Of a stretch of 64,000 nucleotides of DNA, positions 20,578-28,535 are shown in pieces (position 1 is the first letter of the stretch; every line of letters starts with the position of its first letter). A model generated the notes under the pieces. The model made no database searches and was not told the DNA's origin. It was given only the letters and a program-made list of their open reading frames with translations. The translations under genes were made by a program, and so were the position numbers. This DNA is from Candidatus Latescibacterota bacterium (lineage in GTDB: Bacteria; Latescibacterota; UBA2968; GCA-2709665): the NCBI GenBank assembly GCA_965116875.1, contig OZ220733.1, positions 1,056,001-1,120,000 on the forward strand, read 5' to 3'.

Positions 20578-21963
20578 TTACACGTGCTTGAAGATTTCCA
20601 GCACGTCGATGATGCTCAGGCCCGTGTGATATCCGGGGTCCGCATCCGCGGTGGCGGGAATGACGGGCACGACCCGGCCGGATTCGTCTCGGGTCTGATA
20701 GGCCATCAGATGGAGGTCCGGACGAACGAAGTGCCTTGTGAAGGCGTTGTGGCACGCGCTGAATATACCGAGGGCGCTCTGTCGCTGTGCCGTGGACCGG
20801 GCGATCGAAAAGCAATACGTGGCGGCGCGCATCGTTTCGGGCAGGTTCCACCACGGCATGTCGGTATTGGCGGGTGCGCGGGAAACCAGGTCGACAGCCT
20901 TGCAGATGCCGCCGGGACCGGGCTGGAAACCCCCCGCGAACGTATGCGCGAGCAGCGCGGGCATATGCGCTTCCACGCCGGCGATTTCCTTCAGTTGTCC
21001 GGGTTCCGCCAGTGCGTTTTCTCTGACGGCGGAGGTGAATTTCAGCGTAAGTCCGATAAATTCGAGGACGTGGCCCGGATCGGAGAGGATCTTTCCGTCC
21101 TCCTCGAAAGGCGCGCCGTCGTCGTCCACGGCTTCCCAGAAATCGTACTCCCTGAGACGCGGGACCCGCCCGTTCAGATTGACGTAGGTCTTCATTTCGC
21201 GGCGGATGAGGCGCAGGCCCATTGCCACGCTGTCGGGAACGCGGTGTTCGGCCAGCATGGCCGCGGCGCCGATCTGAATCATGTACGCGCCGTGGGGATG
21301 GCGGCCGGGCCGGGGCGCCGTGGGGTTCCCGGGGTCCAGCGAAATCTGGTCGGTTACGAAACGCCCCCCGTGAATTGCGTCGTCCACGCGGCGGCAATAC
21401 GCCATGGCTTCCGCTTCGGCATCCTCCAATTCGAGGGTTCTCGCCGCGGCAACCATGCCCTTGGCGCCGAAGAGGTCGCTGAACCCGTAGCTCGTTTCCC
21501 CCGTGAGCTCCATCGCCCGGATCCCGCCTTCCTCGTCCAGCGTGAACGGGTCTCCCTCAGGGGTCATGAAAAAGGAAAGCCGGCCGGCGTTCCGGGCCCG
21601 GATTTCACGAAGCGCCTCGAGTACCTCGGCCGCGATGCGCTCCAGACGCTGCCGCAGTTCCGGCGCCAGGCCGTGGCGGCGCATCCACCGACAGTGCCCT
21701 GCCAGGGATTCGAGACCGCGCCCCTGAATCCAGCCGTAGACCGCGTTCGCCCCCCGAACGGGATCGCCACGCGGGAAGTCCTCCCCGGTGATGAGGTCCA
21801 GTTTGGTATCGATGAAAGGATAGTCCGGGGCGCGTTCATACCGGTCCGCAATGGCGGCCATCACCGCAAGCAGCATGGCGCGGTAGTCAGGCAGAACGGA
21901 CCCGACGTCGAGGGGCGAGGGACGTTCCGGGAGGAGGTTTCCCCGGTATACGAAATCGGGCAT
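20578..21963 (-). CDS. AGE-family (N-acylglucosamine 2-epimerase-like) alpha/alpha-barrel epimerase/isomerase
   Basis: GWIQGR, HPHG-YMI, DPGHVLEF, WWNLPE, DPGYH motifs. Confidence 0.75.
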   Translation of the reverse strand: MPDFVYRGNLLPERPSPLDVGSVLPDYRAMLLAVMAAIADRYERAPDYPFIDTKLDLITGEDFPRGDPVRGANAVYGWIQGRGLESLAGHCRWMRRHGLAPELRQRLERIAAEVLEALREIRARNAGRLSFFMTPEGDPFTLDEEGGIRAMELTGETSYGFSDLFGAKGMVAAARTLELEDAEAEAMAYCRRVDDAIHGGRFVTDQISLDPGNPTAPRPGRHPHGAYMIQIGAAAMLAEHRVPDSVAMGLRLIRREMKTYVNLNGRVPRLREYDFWEAVDDDGAPFEEDGKILSDPGHVLEFIGLTLKFTSAVRENALAEPGQLKEIAGVEAHMPALLAHTFAGGFQPGPGGICKAVDLVSRAPANTDMPWWNLPETMRAATYCFSIARSTAQRQSALGIFSACHNAFTRHFVRPDLHLMAYQTRDESGRVVPVIPATADADPGYHTGLSIIDVLEIFKHV

Positions 21964-22069
21964 GTCGGCGGCTCCCGGGATGCGACCCCTTCATTGCTAT
22001 CTGAATCGGGGCGCAGCGCCCGCCTGGCTCGGATGCGTTCTGGCTTCAACCGGGCGCTGCGGGGCAACG

Positions 22070-22906
22070 CTACGACCAGACGTAGACCTCGCCGTCGTCG
22101 TTCGACCAGCCGATGAAGACGGCCAGGACGATTCTGGGGTCGGTTCCTTCGACCGCGGGGACCTCGTGGATGCAGCGCGTGTTGAAGAAGTAGAGATCGC
22201 CCGGTTCGAGTTCGACGCGGCAGCGTTCGACGTTGTTCAGCCGGGCGTACTCGTGAAAGGCATCCGCGGCGATATGGGATTCGACGTCTTCCGTCCACAG
22301 GCACCGGTGCAGGATGGCCTGGGTTGCCGGACCGGCCTGGGCGGCGTTCTGGAAGCAGACGACGCCGGCGAACTGGTGCTCGAACCGGGAGACCTCGTAA
22401 TCGAAGCGCTTTTCGCGCAGCGTGACGTGATCGATATGCGGCCGGTAGGTGTGGTGGGTGTAGTGGATGCGGAAAATGGCCGAACCGTAGAGCCGGCCGT
22501 CGGGTTCGCGGGCCGTCATCACCCGTTTGCCGGCGGCCAGGGCGCTGAGGCTGTCATAGATGACGTCGACCGGGTTGTCGAAGCCATCGAAGAGGTGTCC
22601 GAACAGGTCGTGGGTACGGACGGCGTCTTCGAAAAACCCCCGCTGGTCGTCACCCCTGTTTCCAAGGCTGGTGCCGACGTCGATTCGAGTGCGGGCGTCG
22701 TCGGAGTCGGTCTCAGCCGGGTCCCGCATCAGGCCGCGGTGAATGAAGCGACGGATCAGGCCCCTGCAATGGTCGGGATTGTAGGACCGCCGCAGAAGGA
22801 TGGCCGGTATCTCCGCCGTAGAAAGGGCGTGGAGCGGATTTGCGTACCTCGCGTTCACGGTTTCCAGGTCCGGACCGACCGGCAGCCAGGAATCGGCGGC
22901 GGGCAT
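22070..22906 (-). CDS. 2OG-Fe(II) oxygenase-like protein
   Basis: Start MPAADSW at 22906 after RBS ggagg (the track start lies in the MITE); PHID...LEPGDLYFFN--CIHEV...R facial-triad pattern. Confidence 0.7.
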   Translation of the reverse strand: MPAADSWLPVGPDLETVNARYANPLHALSTAEIPAILLRRSYNPDHCRGLIRRFIHRGLMRDPAETDSDDARTRIDVGTSLGNRGDDQRGFFEDAVRTHDLFGHLFDGFDNPVDVIYDSLSALAAGKRVMTAREPDGRLYGSAIFRIHYTHHTYRPHIDHVTLREKRFDYEVSRFEHQFAGVVCFQNAAQAGPATQAILHRCLWTEDVESHIAADAFHEYARLNNVERCRVELEPGDLYFFNTRCIHEVPAVEGTDPRIVLAVFIGWSNDDGEVYVWS

Positions 22907-22920
22907 ATCGGTTTCCTCCC

Positions 22921-23084
22921 AGAAGCTGTGTTGAAATTCACGGTGCGTTCCCGAGCGCGAGCGAAAAGGTGGCGGTCGAGGCGGGAAAATCCGCCCATAT
23001 TTGTCTATACGGGTGGATTTGACCAACGCGGACCGACGCATTTGCAGCCGCGCGAAGACCGCCGGGAATTTTAATACAGCTTCT
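22921..23084. mobile_element. MITE-like element, family B (164 bp), copy 1
   Basis: TIRs agaagctgtgttgaaatt / aattttaatacagcttct; near-identical full copy at 50869-51032. Confidence 0.85.
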
Positions 23085-23089
23085 TGACG

Positions 23090-23584
23090 TCAGGCCAGGT
23101 CTTTGAATTCGATGTGCAGGTATTCCCGGTATCCGGTGAGCCTGCGGTAGACGACCCCGGCGCTGTCGAACATACGTTTCGAAGCTCGAACGGAATCGGT
23201 CTCCGCGTATTTATCGGCCAGAAAGATGACTTCCCGGATGCCCGATTGAATGATGACCTTCGCGCACTCGTTGCATGGAAAGTGGGTCACGTAGATTGTG
23301 CAGTTGTAGAGGTTGGTGTCGATCTTGTTCAGGATCGCGTTGAGTTCGGCGTGGCAGATGTACGGATACTTGGTGTTTAGAAAGTCGCCCTCTCTTGCCC
23401 ACGGATATTCGTCGTCCGAGCAGCCGATGGGCAGGCCGTTATATCCGATTCCCACGATTTTCTTCTTCTCGTTGACGATACACGCGCCGACGCGGGTATT
23501 GGGGTCCTTGCTCCTCATGGCGGAAAGCAGCGCGACGCCCATGAAATATTCATCCCACGAGAGATAGTCTTCGCGTTTGTTCAT
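23090..23584 (-). CDS. dCMP deaminase
   Basis: SWDEYFM, RSKDPNT-VGACIV, GYNG-P, CHAELNAILN, FPCNECAK. Confidence 0.95.
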   Translation of the reverse strand: MNKREDYLSWDEYFMGVALLSAMRSKDPNTRVGACIVNEKKKIVGIGYNGLPIGCSDDEYPWAREGDFLNTKYPYICHAELNAILNKIDTNLYNCTIYVTHFPCNECAKVIIQSGIREVIFLADKYAETDSVRASKRMFDSAGVVYRRLTGYREYLHIEFKDLA

Positions 23585-23704
23585 TTTTAACCAGGTAAGT
23601 TGCCGGAGTGATGGAAACGCGCGGGCAAGGAAGAATCCGGACCGGGGCCTGCAAAGACAATATGCTCTTCAATGACGACATCCGCAACCGTTTCTTTGGC
23701 TCCG

Positions 23705-23740
23705 GTGTCCTGTCCCGGTAATTCCTCACGATTCGACCGC
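23705..23740. repeat. Left-end fragment of MITE family A at the RiPP cluster boundary
   Basis: gtgtcctgtcccggtaattcctcacgattcgacc matches 16887-16920. Confidence 0.7.
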
Positions 23741-23744
23741 GGGT

Positions 23745-24836
23745 TCAGGGCATCGCCGCCGCTTCCGGACCGACCCGCAGCAATCTGAGGCCGGCATATG
23801 CTTTGGCCTGAACGCCGCCAACGCCGACCGCCAGTTTCACGTGATTGAGTCCCTTGTGAAGGACATACGCACCTTCGTTACCGAATACCCGTTCCAGCCC
23901 GGGGAAGGAGCGCAAGCCATTCCCCTTTGCCGGCAGACAGAGTTCACGCGCCTCCATACGTTCCAGAACCGGCAGCCACGTCCTGACGCCCGTACTGAGC
24001 CAATCCCCCACCGGCCAGCGGCCCTTCCTTTCGCTTCGCGGAAACATCTCAAGTCCCAGACGCGGCCGCAAACCGCGAGCCGAAGCGTCGAAACAGGGTC
24101 GGAAGTATGGAAATACGTCCCGCCATTCATCAAGGGTCTTCATCGCATTTCGCACCGAACCGGGCCAACCGGAGCGCTCCAGGAAAACGGGCATTTCCTC
24201 CGGCCTGACGCCGTTGACAATCACACGCACGGCCCTGAAGGAGCGGCCGGGCATCGCTCCCACGTGATCCAGCCGCCCCCCCGGCGGGAGAGCGTTGACG
24301 ACACGTTCCACGACACGGCGCTCAACGGCGTCATCGTTCCATCCCACCGCGTTCGTCAACTCTGCAACCGCGTCTCCAGGAGAACAGACCTCTGAACCCT
24401 CCGGCGAAGGAGCGGGACGCAACCCGAGAAACAGGCCGGGATCCGGCGATGCTTCCGACTCGACTCCGGCGACGTCGTATTCGAGCATGATATCGTTATA
24501 CCTGGCGCTCACGGCAAATCCGGCCGGCGTCCGGGTTTCCGCAATCTCCGAGAGGAATCTTCCCAGCGCGGCTGCCGCGGAATCCTGCTGGGCCGTCTTT
24601 CCACGATCGACGAAGTGCCCGGGCAATCCCGGATGGCCCGGAAGCACGCGCACAGAGAAGTCGGCCGCGGGCGCGGGGTCGCCCAGCGCAAATTCGAAGA
24701 ATACCCTGTACAGGACCGGCCACCCGGGAAGTTCGCCGACCCCGCGAACCAGACGGTCCCATTCGGGACCGTCTACAAGCTCCCGTGGAATGAAACGGCG
24801 CGATTCCGGTGAAATCAGCCTGAGGGACCCGGACAT
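23745..24836 (-). CDS. Uncharacterised protein downstream of the NHLP precursor; candidate RiPP tailoring enzyme (possibly ABBA prenyltransferase-like)
   Basis: RBS aaggag then ATG at 24836. Motifs FFEFAL...ADFS, MLEYDV...PDPGLF, GAMPGR--RAVR, GWPG, PRLGLE, LC-P-K--GL--FPG, GLNHVKL...AKAY resemble proteins I recall beside NHLP/Nif11 precursors; fold assignment is inference. Confidence 0.6.
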   Translation of the reverse strand: MSGSLRLISPESRRFIPRELVDGPEWDRLVRGVGELPGWPVLYRVFFEFALGDPAPAADFSVRVLPGHPGLPGHFVDRGKTAQQDSAAAALGRFLSEIAETRTPAGFAVSARYNDIMLEYDVAGVESEASPDPGLFLGLRPAPSPEGSEVCSPGDAVAELTNAVGWNDDAVERRVVERVVNALPPGGRLDHVGAMPGRSFRAVRVIVNGVRPEEMPVFLERSGWPGSVRNAMKTLDEWRDVFPYFRPCFDASARGLRPRLGLEMFPRSERKGRWPVGDWLSTGVRTWLPVLERMEARELCLPAKGNGLRSFPGLERVFGNEGAYVLHKGLNHVKLAVGVGGVQAKAYAGLRLLRVGPEAAAMP

Positions 24837-24954
24837 CGTCAACTCCTTCGTCGTACCGCTACATTCGAATCCTCATGCCATTGCAGGCGGGAGGACGCTG
24901 CCCGCGCCCGTTCGGACCGGAACGGACGCCGGCAGGGTTCGCGTCGGACGTACA

Positions 24955-24987
24955 GAAAAAACCGGCGTCGCCCGAAGGCGGCGCCGG
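24955..24987 (-). terminator. Intrinsic terminator downstream of the precursor gene
   Basis: Stem ccggcgtcgcc/ggcggcgccgg with loop cgaa (TTCG on the minus strand), followed by a U-tract on the minus strand (plus-strand aaaaaa at 24956-24961). Confidence 0.7.
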
Positions 24988-25059
24988 GAAGATGAATCGT
25001 AGCGCCTGGTGGAATTCCTGATCCCGCCGCCTGATTTCACGGCGAATCTCCGTGAACGA

Positions 25060-25374
25060 TCACGGACCCCCCAACGGCACGTGGTATTCGTCGTGATGAT
25101 CATGACCCCATTCACAGTTCTCCGCGCCCCCGCCGCCAACGACCGCCGCCAACTCGTCCTCGCTCATCGCCTCCGGTCCGGTTCTCAGCGGGAGAACCAG
25201 GTGCGCGGTAGACAGGTTGTCTTCGTGGACTTCAACCGCGAAATTTTCCGGAATCTTAACGCCGAGCTCTTTTTCTATCGAGCCCCTGGGATCTTTCAGC
25301 AGACCGGCGCGAAACTCCGCGTCAAACGACGCTTTGAATACGACGTGTTCCTGCATTTCCTTCATGGTCTTCAT
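25060..25374 (-). CDS. NHLP-leader (proteusin-type) RiPP precursor peptide, 104 aa
   Basis: RBS aggagg then MKTMKEMQEHVVFKASFDAEFRAGLLKDPRGSIEKELGVKIPENFAVEVHEDNLSTAHLVLP...MSEDELAAVVGG|GGAENCEWGHDHHDEYHVPLGGP; KA--D-EFR--LL-DP, V-VHE, LVLP and the ELxxVxGG cleavage motif. Confidence 0.93.
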   Translation of the reverse strand: MKTMKEMQEHVVFKASFDAEFRAGLLKDPRGSIEKELGVKIPENFAVEVHEDNLSTAHLVLPLRTGPEAMSEDELAAVVGGGGAENCEWGHDHHDEYHVPLGGP

Positions 25375-25510
25375 CGTAGCCCTCCTATCCTGACGTGGTG
25401 GAATAAAGTGAACTTTTCGTGATACTCGATATAAATATCGTCTTAATCGTGATTTAATGGATCTATATCGATAATAAAAATGACCTTTTCGTGATAATAG
25501 CCACAACGCA

Positions 25511-25538
25511 AATATAACGAAGTTCTGTTGAATGTCAA
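25511..25538 (-). promoter_or_regulatory. Sigma70-type promoter for the precursor gene
   Basis: Minus strand TTGACA-N16-TATATT, followed by a very AT-rich leader in a GC-rich genome. Confidence 0.7.
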
Positions 25539-25588
25539 CCCCGGCGCCGGGACTCCCGGGAGGGCGCGGGGGCAGGTCCCTTTGCGAC

Positions 25589-28531
25589 TCAGGCGCTCGC
25601 CGACTGAACCGTCTGACGCCGCGCGAGACCGGCAAAGACCCCATTGCGCTCGATCAACTGCCGGTAGCTGCCGCTTTCCACGATACGCCCGGCGTCCAGC
25701 ACGAAGATTCTGTCAACGTCGCGGATCGTACTCAGCCGATGGGCAATGACGACACGAGTCACCCCCAGACCCTTCAGGGACGATTGTACCACCGCCTGCG
25801 CCCGGTTGTCCAGGGCGCTGGTGGCCTCGTCGAAAAGCAGAATGCGCGGCTTCCGGGCGAATGCGCGTGCGATCAGCAACCGCTGCTTCTGTCCTGCCGA
25901 AAGACCCACGCCGCCTTCCGGAAGGATCGTATGCATTCCCATCGGCATCGCCCGTATATCTTCTTCGAGCGCAGCCGCCTTGGCGGCAGCCCACGCCTCT
26001 TCATCGCTCAACGGAGACATCCCGGCGATATTCTCGAATATATTCCCCGCGACGATCTGGCCGTTCTGAAGGACGACGCCCAACTGCCTGCGGAGGGCCG
26101 TCAGGTCCAGGCTGGACAGGTCGTGCCCGTCCAGAAACACCGTCCCTGACTCCGGACGTTCAAAACCGAGCAACAGGCGGTAGACGGTTGATTTTCCGCA
26201 GCCGGAGGGTCCCACGAACGCGACGTAGTCGCCCTGCCGGATTCGAAACGATACGCTGTCGATCGCCTTTGACGCTTCCGGACCGTATCGAAAGTTCACG
26301 CTTGAGAATTCCAGTTCGCCCTTTATGTCCGAAAGCTCGATGCGTCCGTACGCGGTCTCGGGCGTCGCATTGAAGATCGGTCGTACGCGTTCGAGAAGCG
26401 GGATCACGGCGATTGCGGTTGCCGCGGCGGAGGTGAGGGCAAACACTGCGGCGGTGAGCTGGCCGAACGCGGCATTGAAGGATAGAAAACCCGCCAGGTC
26501 GAACGTGGATCCTCTGGGATCCAGGATGGCGTGCTGCACCGACTCGAAGATGACGATAAGCGCCAGCGGATGGAACATGCCGACAACGACGTATTGCGCC
26601 GCGGTCCACTTCAGCGCGGAGAAGGCGGCCCGCTTCTGTTCGGCGAAACGCCGGGCCCAGCGCGCCAGCGCGAAGGTCTCGGAATTGGCGACCCGAAGCT
26701 TGGCAAGGCCGGTGATCAGTTGAAATACGAACCCGTTGATCGCTCCCTGAATGCGAAATACGTCCCGATAATGACGAAGCTGCCCCCGAGCCAGAAACCA
26801 TGCCGCACCCACCAGGACGAACAGCATCAGGCAGACGTACAGAGCGAGCGACCGGCTGTAGTAGAAGAGCAATGCGAGGTTGAATACGGAAAAGATGCCG
26901 CCCATGGCGGCGCCCACGGCCGCGAAGGAGATGATGCGCCTGATCTCGCTGATTCCGTTCGCGCGGTTTTCAAGGTCCCCCACCGTGTAGTCGCGAAAAA
27001 ACGGTGCGCGAAGCGCAATCAGCCGGCTCCAGATGGCGGACTGGAGGCGCTCGTCGACGCGACCCTCGATCCTCAGCAGGGCGATTCCGCGCACAATCTC
27101 GAAGACTGCGTTCCCGAAAGCAGCCAGTATCAGCGCGATCAGTGCGACAGACCACAGCGAGATTTCTGCCCGGGGAATGATGCGGACGAGCAACTCACCG
27201 GTAAGTATCGGCGTCAGGAGTGACACCATCCCGCCCAGGATGCCCACCAATAACACCGTACGAAGATCCTCCCCGCGGCGATGCAATGAGAATCGAAGTA
27301 CGGACCCGCCCGACTCGATGCGGTTGGGCAGTGGCGCGTAGAAAGCCAGACCGCCCGGGGCGATGCCCGCCGCGTTGCTTTCGGTGACCACGAGAGATGT
27401 ACCCGTGACCGGATCGATCGCCCGGTACGCGCCGCGGTTGTCGGAAAGAAGCGCGAGCGGCCGGTCCGCGCCGTCTTCTCCCGCGGTGAAACCCACCAGG
27501 GAAGGGCCGTCACGCCGCCACCATCCCGGCTCCAGCGAAATCCATCGCGTCCGGATCCCCGACCTGCGGGCAATCCCCTCCACAGCCTCCACGGACGTCT
27601 GTGCTTCCCCGGACTTCGAGGGAATCTCCAGCGAGGCCCCGCAGGAAGAAGCCACGATGGCTGCCGCCGCCTGAAGAGGCGTTCCGTCGCTGCCGGCGGC
27701 GATCGCGCTGTCGCCGGGCCCCGCCAGAATCCTCTCAAATCCGCCGAGCGCCCGCGTAACCGATGTTCTCCTGACTTCGTGGGCGTTGCGGCGGCGGACC
27801 TGCAGGTTCTCGGCAGACTCAGACTCGGCAAGAATGGCGAATTCCAGGATTCGTGCGCTGAAACCCTCAAACGCTTCCCAGAACCGGTCCGTGAGAAGGG
27901 CCGTTGGCGTATAGAATGCGGACACCGTCGCGTCGGCGTCGATCTGCATCCATGTTCGCTCTGTAACCGGCACGAGCGGACCGCCCGCCGCCACGGCCAG
28001 GGCTTCACGGCCTGCAAGGCGCATCGGCGCATCGGCGCCGACCCAGATGACGTCCATGTGCTGGGCGCTGAGCATGCTGCCGGCCGCATAGGAAACGTCC
28101 GGCTCCGCCTCCAGCAACCGCGCACCCCGGGGCGGCGGCCGATCCCGAACCACGAATTCCGAGATCCGGGAAATCCATTCGTCGATCCAGCTGGTCGCGG
28201 CAAGATCGAAGTCGTCCGTAGCGACGCCGTCCCGCTCTCCCCGGACGATGACCGCGTCGAGAGACGGTACGGCGAGGAATCCGAATGTGCGATGAGGCTG
28301 ATCCGGATGCCTGACCGTGTCTGCGCCAAAGGCCATTTCTCCGGCCGGAACACGGGCGACGAAGTTCCGGCGGCCCGCGGCTTCGCTGTCTTCGAGTTCG
28401 ACCGCGAATACGTCCAGATATCCCCGTTCAACGAAGTAGACGACGGCCGTGTCGTCCATCGGGAACGGCCGGTGAGCGCCGGTTTCGATCCGGACGCCGC
28501 GTATGCGTTCGATGAGCGGCGTTTCAGGCAT
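25589..28531 (-). CDS. NHLP bacteriocin export ABC transporter permease/ATPase with N-terminal cNMP-binding-like extension
   Basis: N-terminal VYFVERGYLDVF...GEMAFG; L---WWRRDGP-L; TMD; GPSGCGKST, LSAGQKQR, FDEATSALDN. Confidence 0.9.
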   Translation of the reverse strand: MPETPLIERIRGVRIETGAHRPFPMDDTAVVYFVERGYLDVFAVELEDSEAAGRRNFVARVPAGEMAFGADTVRHPDQPHRTFGFLAVPSLDAVIVRGERDGVATDDFDLAATSWIDEWISRISEFVVRDRPPPRGARLLEAEPDVSYAAGSMLSAQHMDVIWVGADAPMRLAGREALAVAAGGPLVPVTERTWMQIDADATVSAFYTPTALLTDRFWEAFEGFSARILEFAILAESESAENLQVRRRNAHEVRRTSVTRALGGFERILAGPGDSAIAAGSDGTPLQAAAAIVASSCGASLEIPSKSGEAQTSVEAVEGIARRSGIRTRWISLEPGWWRRDGPSLVGFTAGEDGADRPLALLSDNRGAYRAIDPVTGTSLVVTESNAAGIAPGGLAFYAPLPNRIESGGSVLRFSLHRRGEDLRTVLLVGILGGMVSLLTPILTGELLVRIIPRAEISLWSVALIALILAAFGNAVFEIVRGIALLRIEGRVDERLQSAIWSRLIALRAPFFRDYTVGDLENRANGISEIRRIISFAAVGAAMGGIFSVFNLALLFYYSRSLALYVCLMLFVLVGAAWFLARGQLRHYRDVFRIQGAINGFVFQLITGLAKLRVANSETFALARWARRFAEQKRAAFSALKWTAAQYVVVGMFHPLALIVIFESVQHAILDPRGSTFDLAGFLSFNAAFGQLTAAVFALTSAAATAIAVIPLLERVRPIFNATPETAYGRIELSDIKGELEFSSVNFRYGPEASKAIDSVSFRIRQGDYVAFVGPSGCGKSTVYRLLLGFERPESGTVFLDGHDLSSLDLTALRRQLGVVLQNGQIVAGNIFENIAGMSPLSDEEAWAAAKAAALEEDIRAMPMGMHTILPEGGVGLSAGQKQRLLIARAFARKPRILLFDEATSALDNRAQAVVQSSLKGLGVTRVVIAHRLSTIRDVDRIFVLDAGRIVESGSYRQLIERNGVFAGLARRQTVQSASA

Positions 28532-28535
28532 GATG

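Noticed and set aside
22907-23041. N-terminal extension of the oxygenase ORF, and small ORFs at 50728-51022
   Set aside because: These are translations of the family B MITE sequence.
22070-23584. 2OG-Fe(II) oxygenase and dCMP deaminase as part of the RiPP cluster
   Set aside because: Separated from it by a MITE fragment and an intergenic gap; dCMP deaminase is housekeeping; no evidence of linkage beyond shared orientation.
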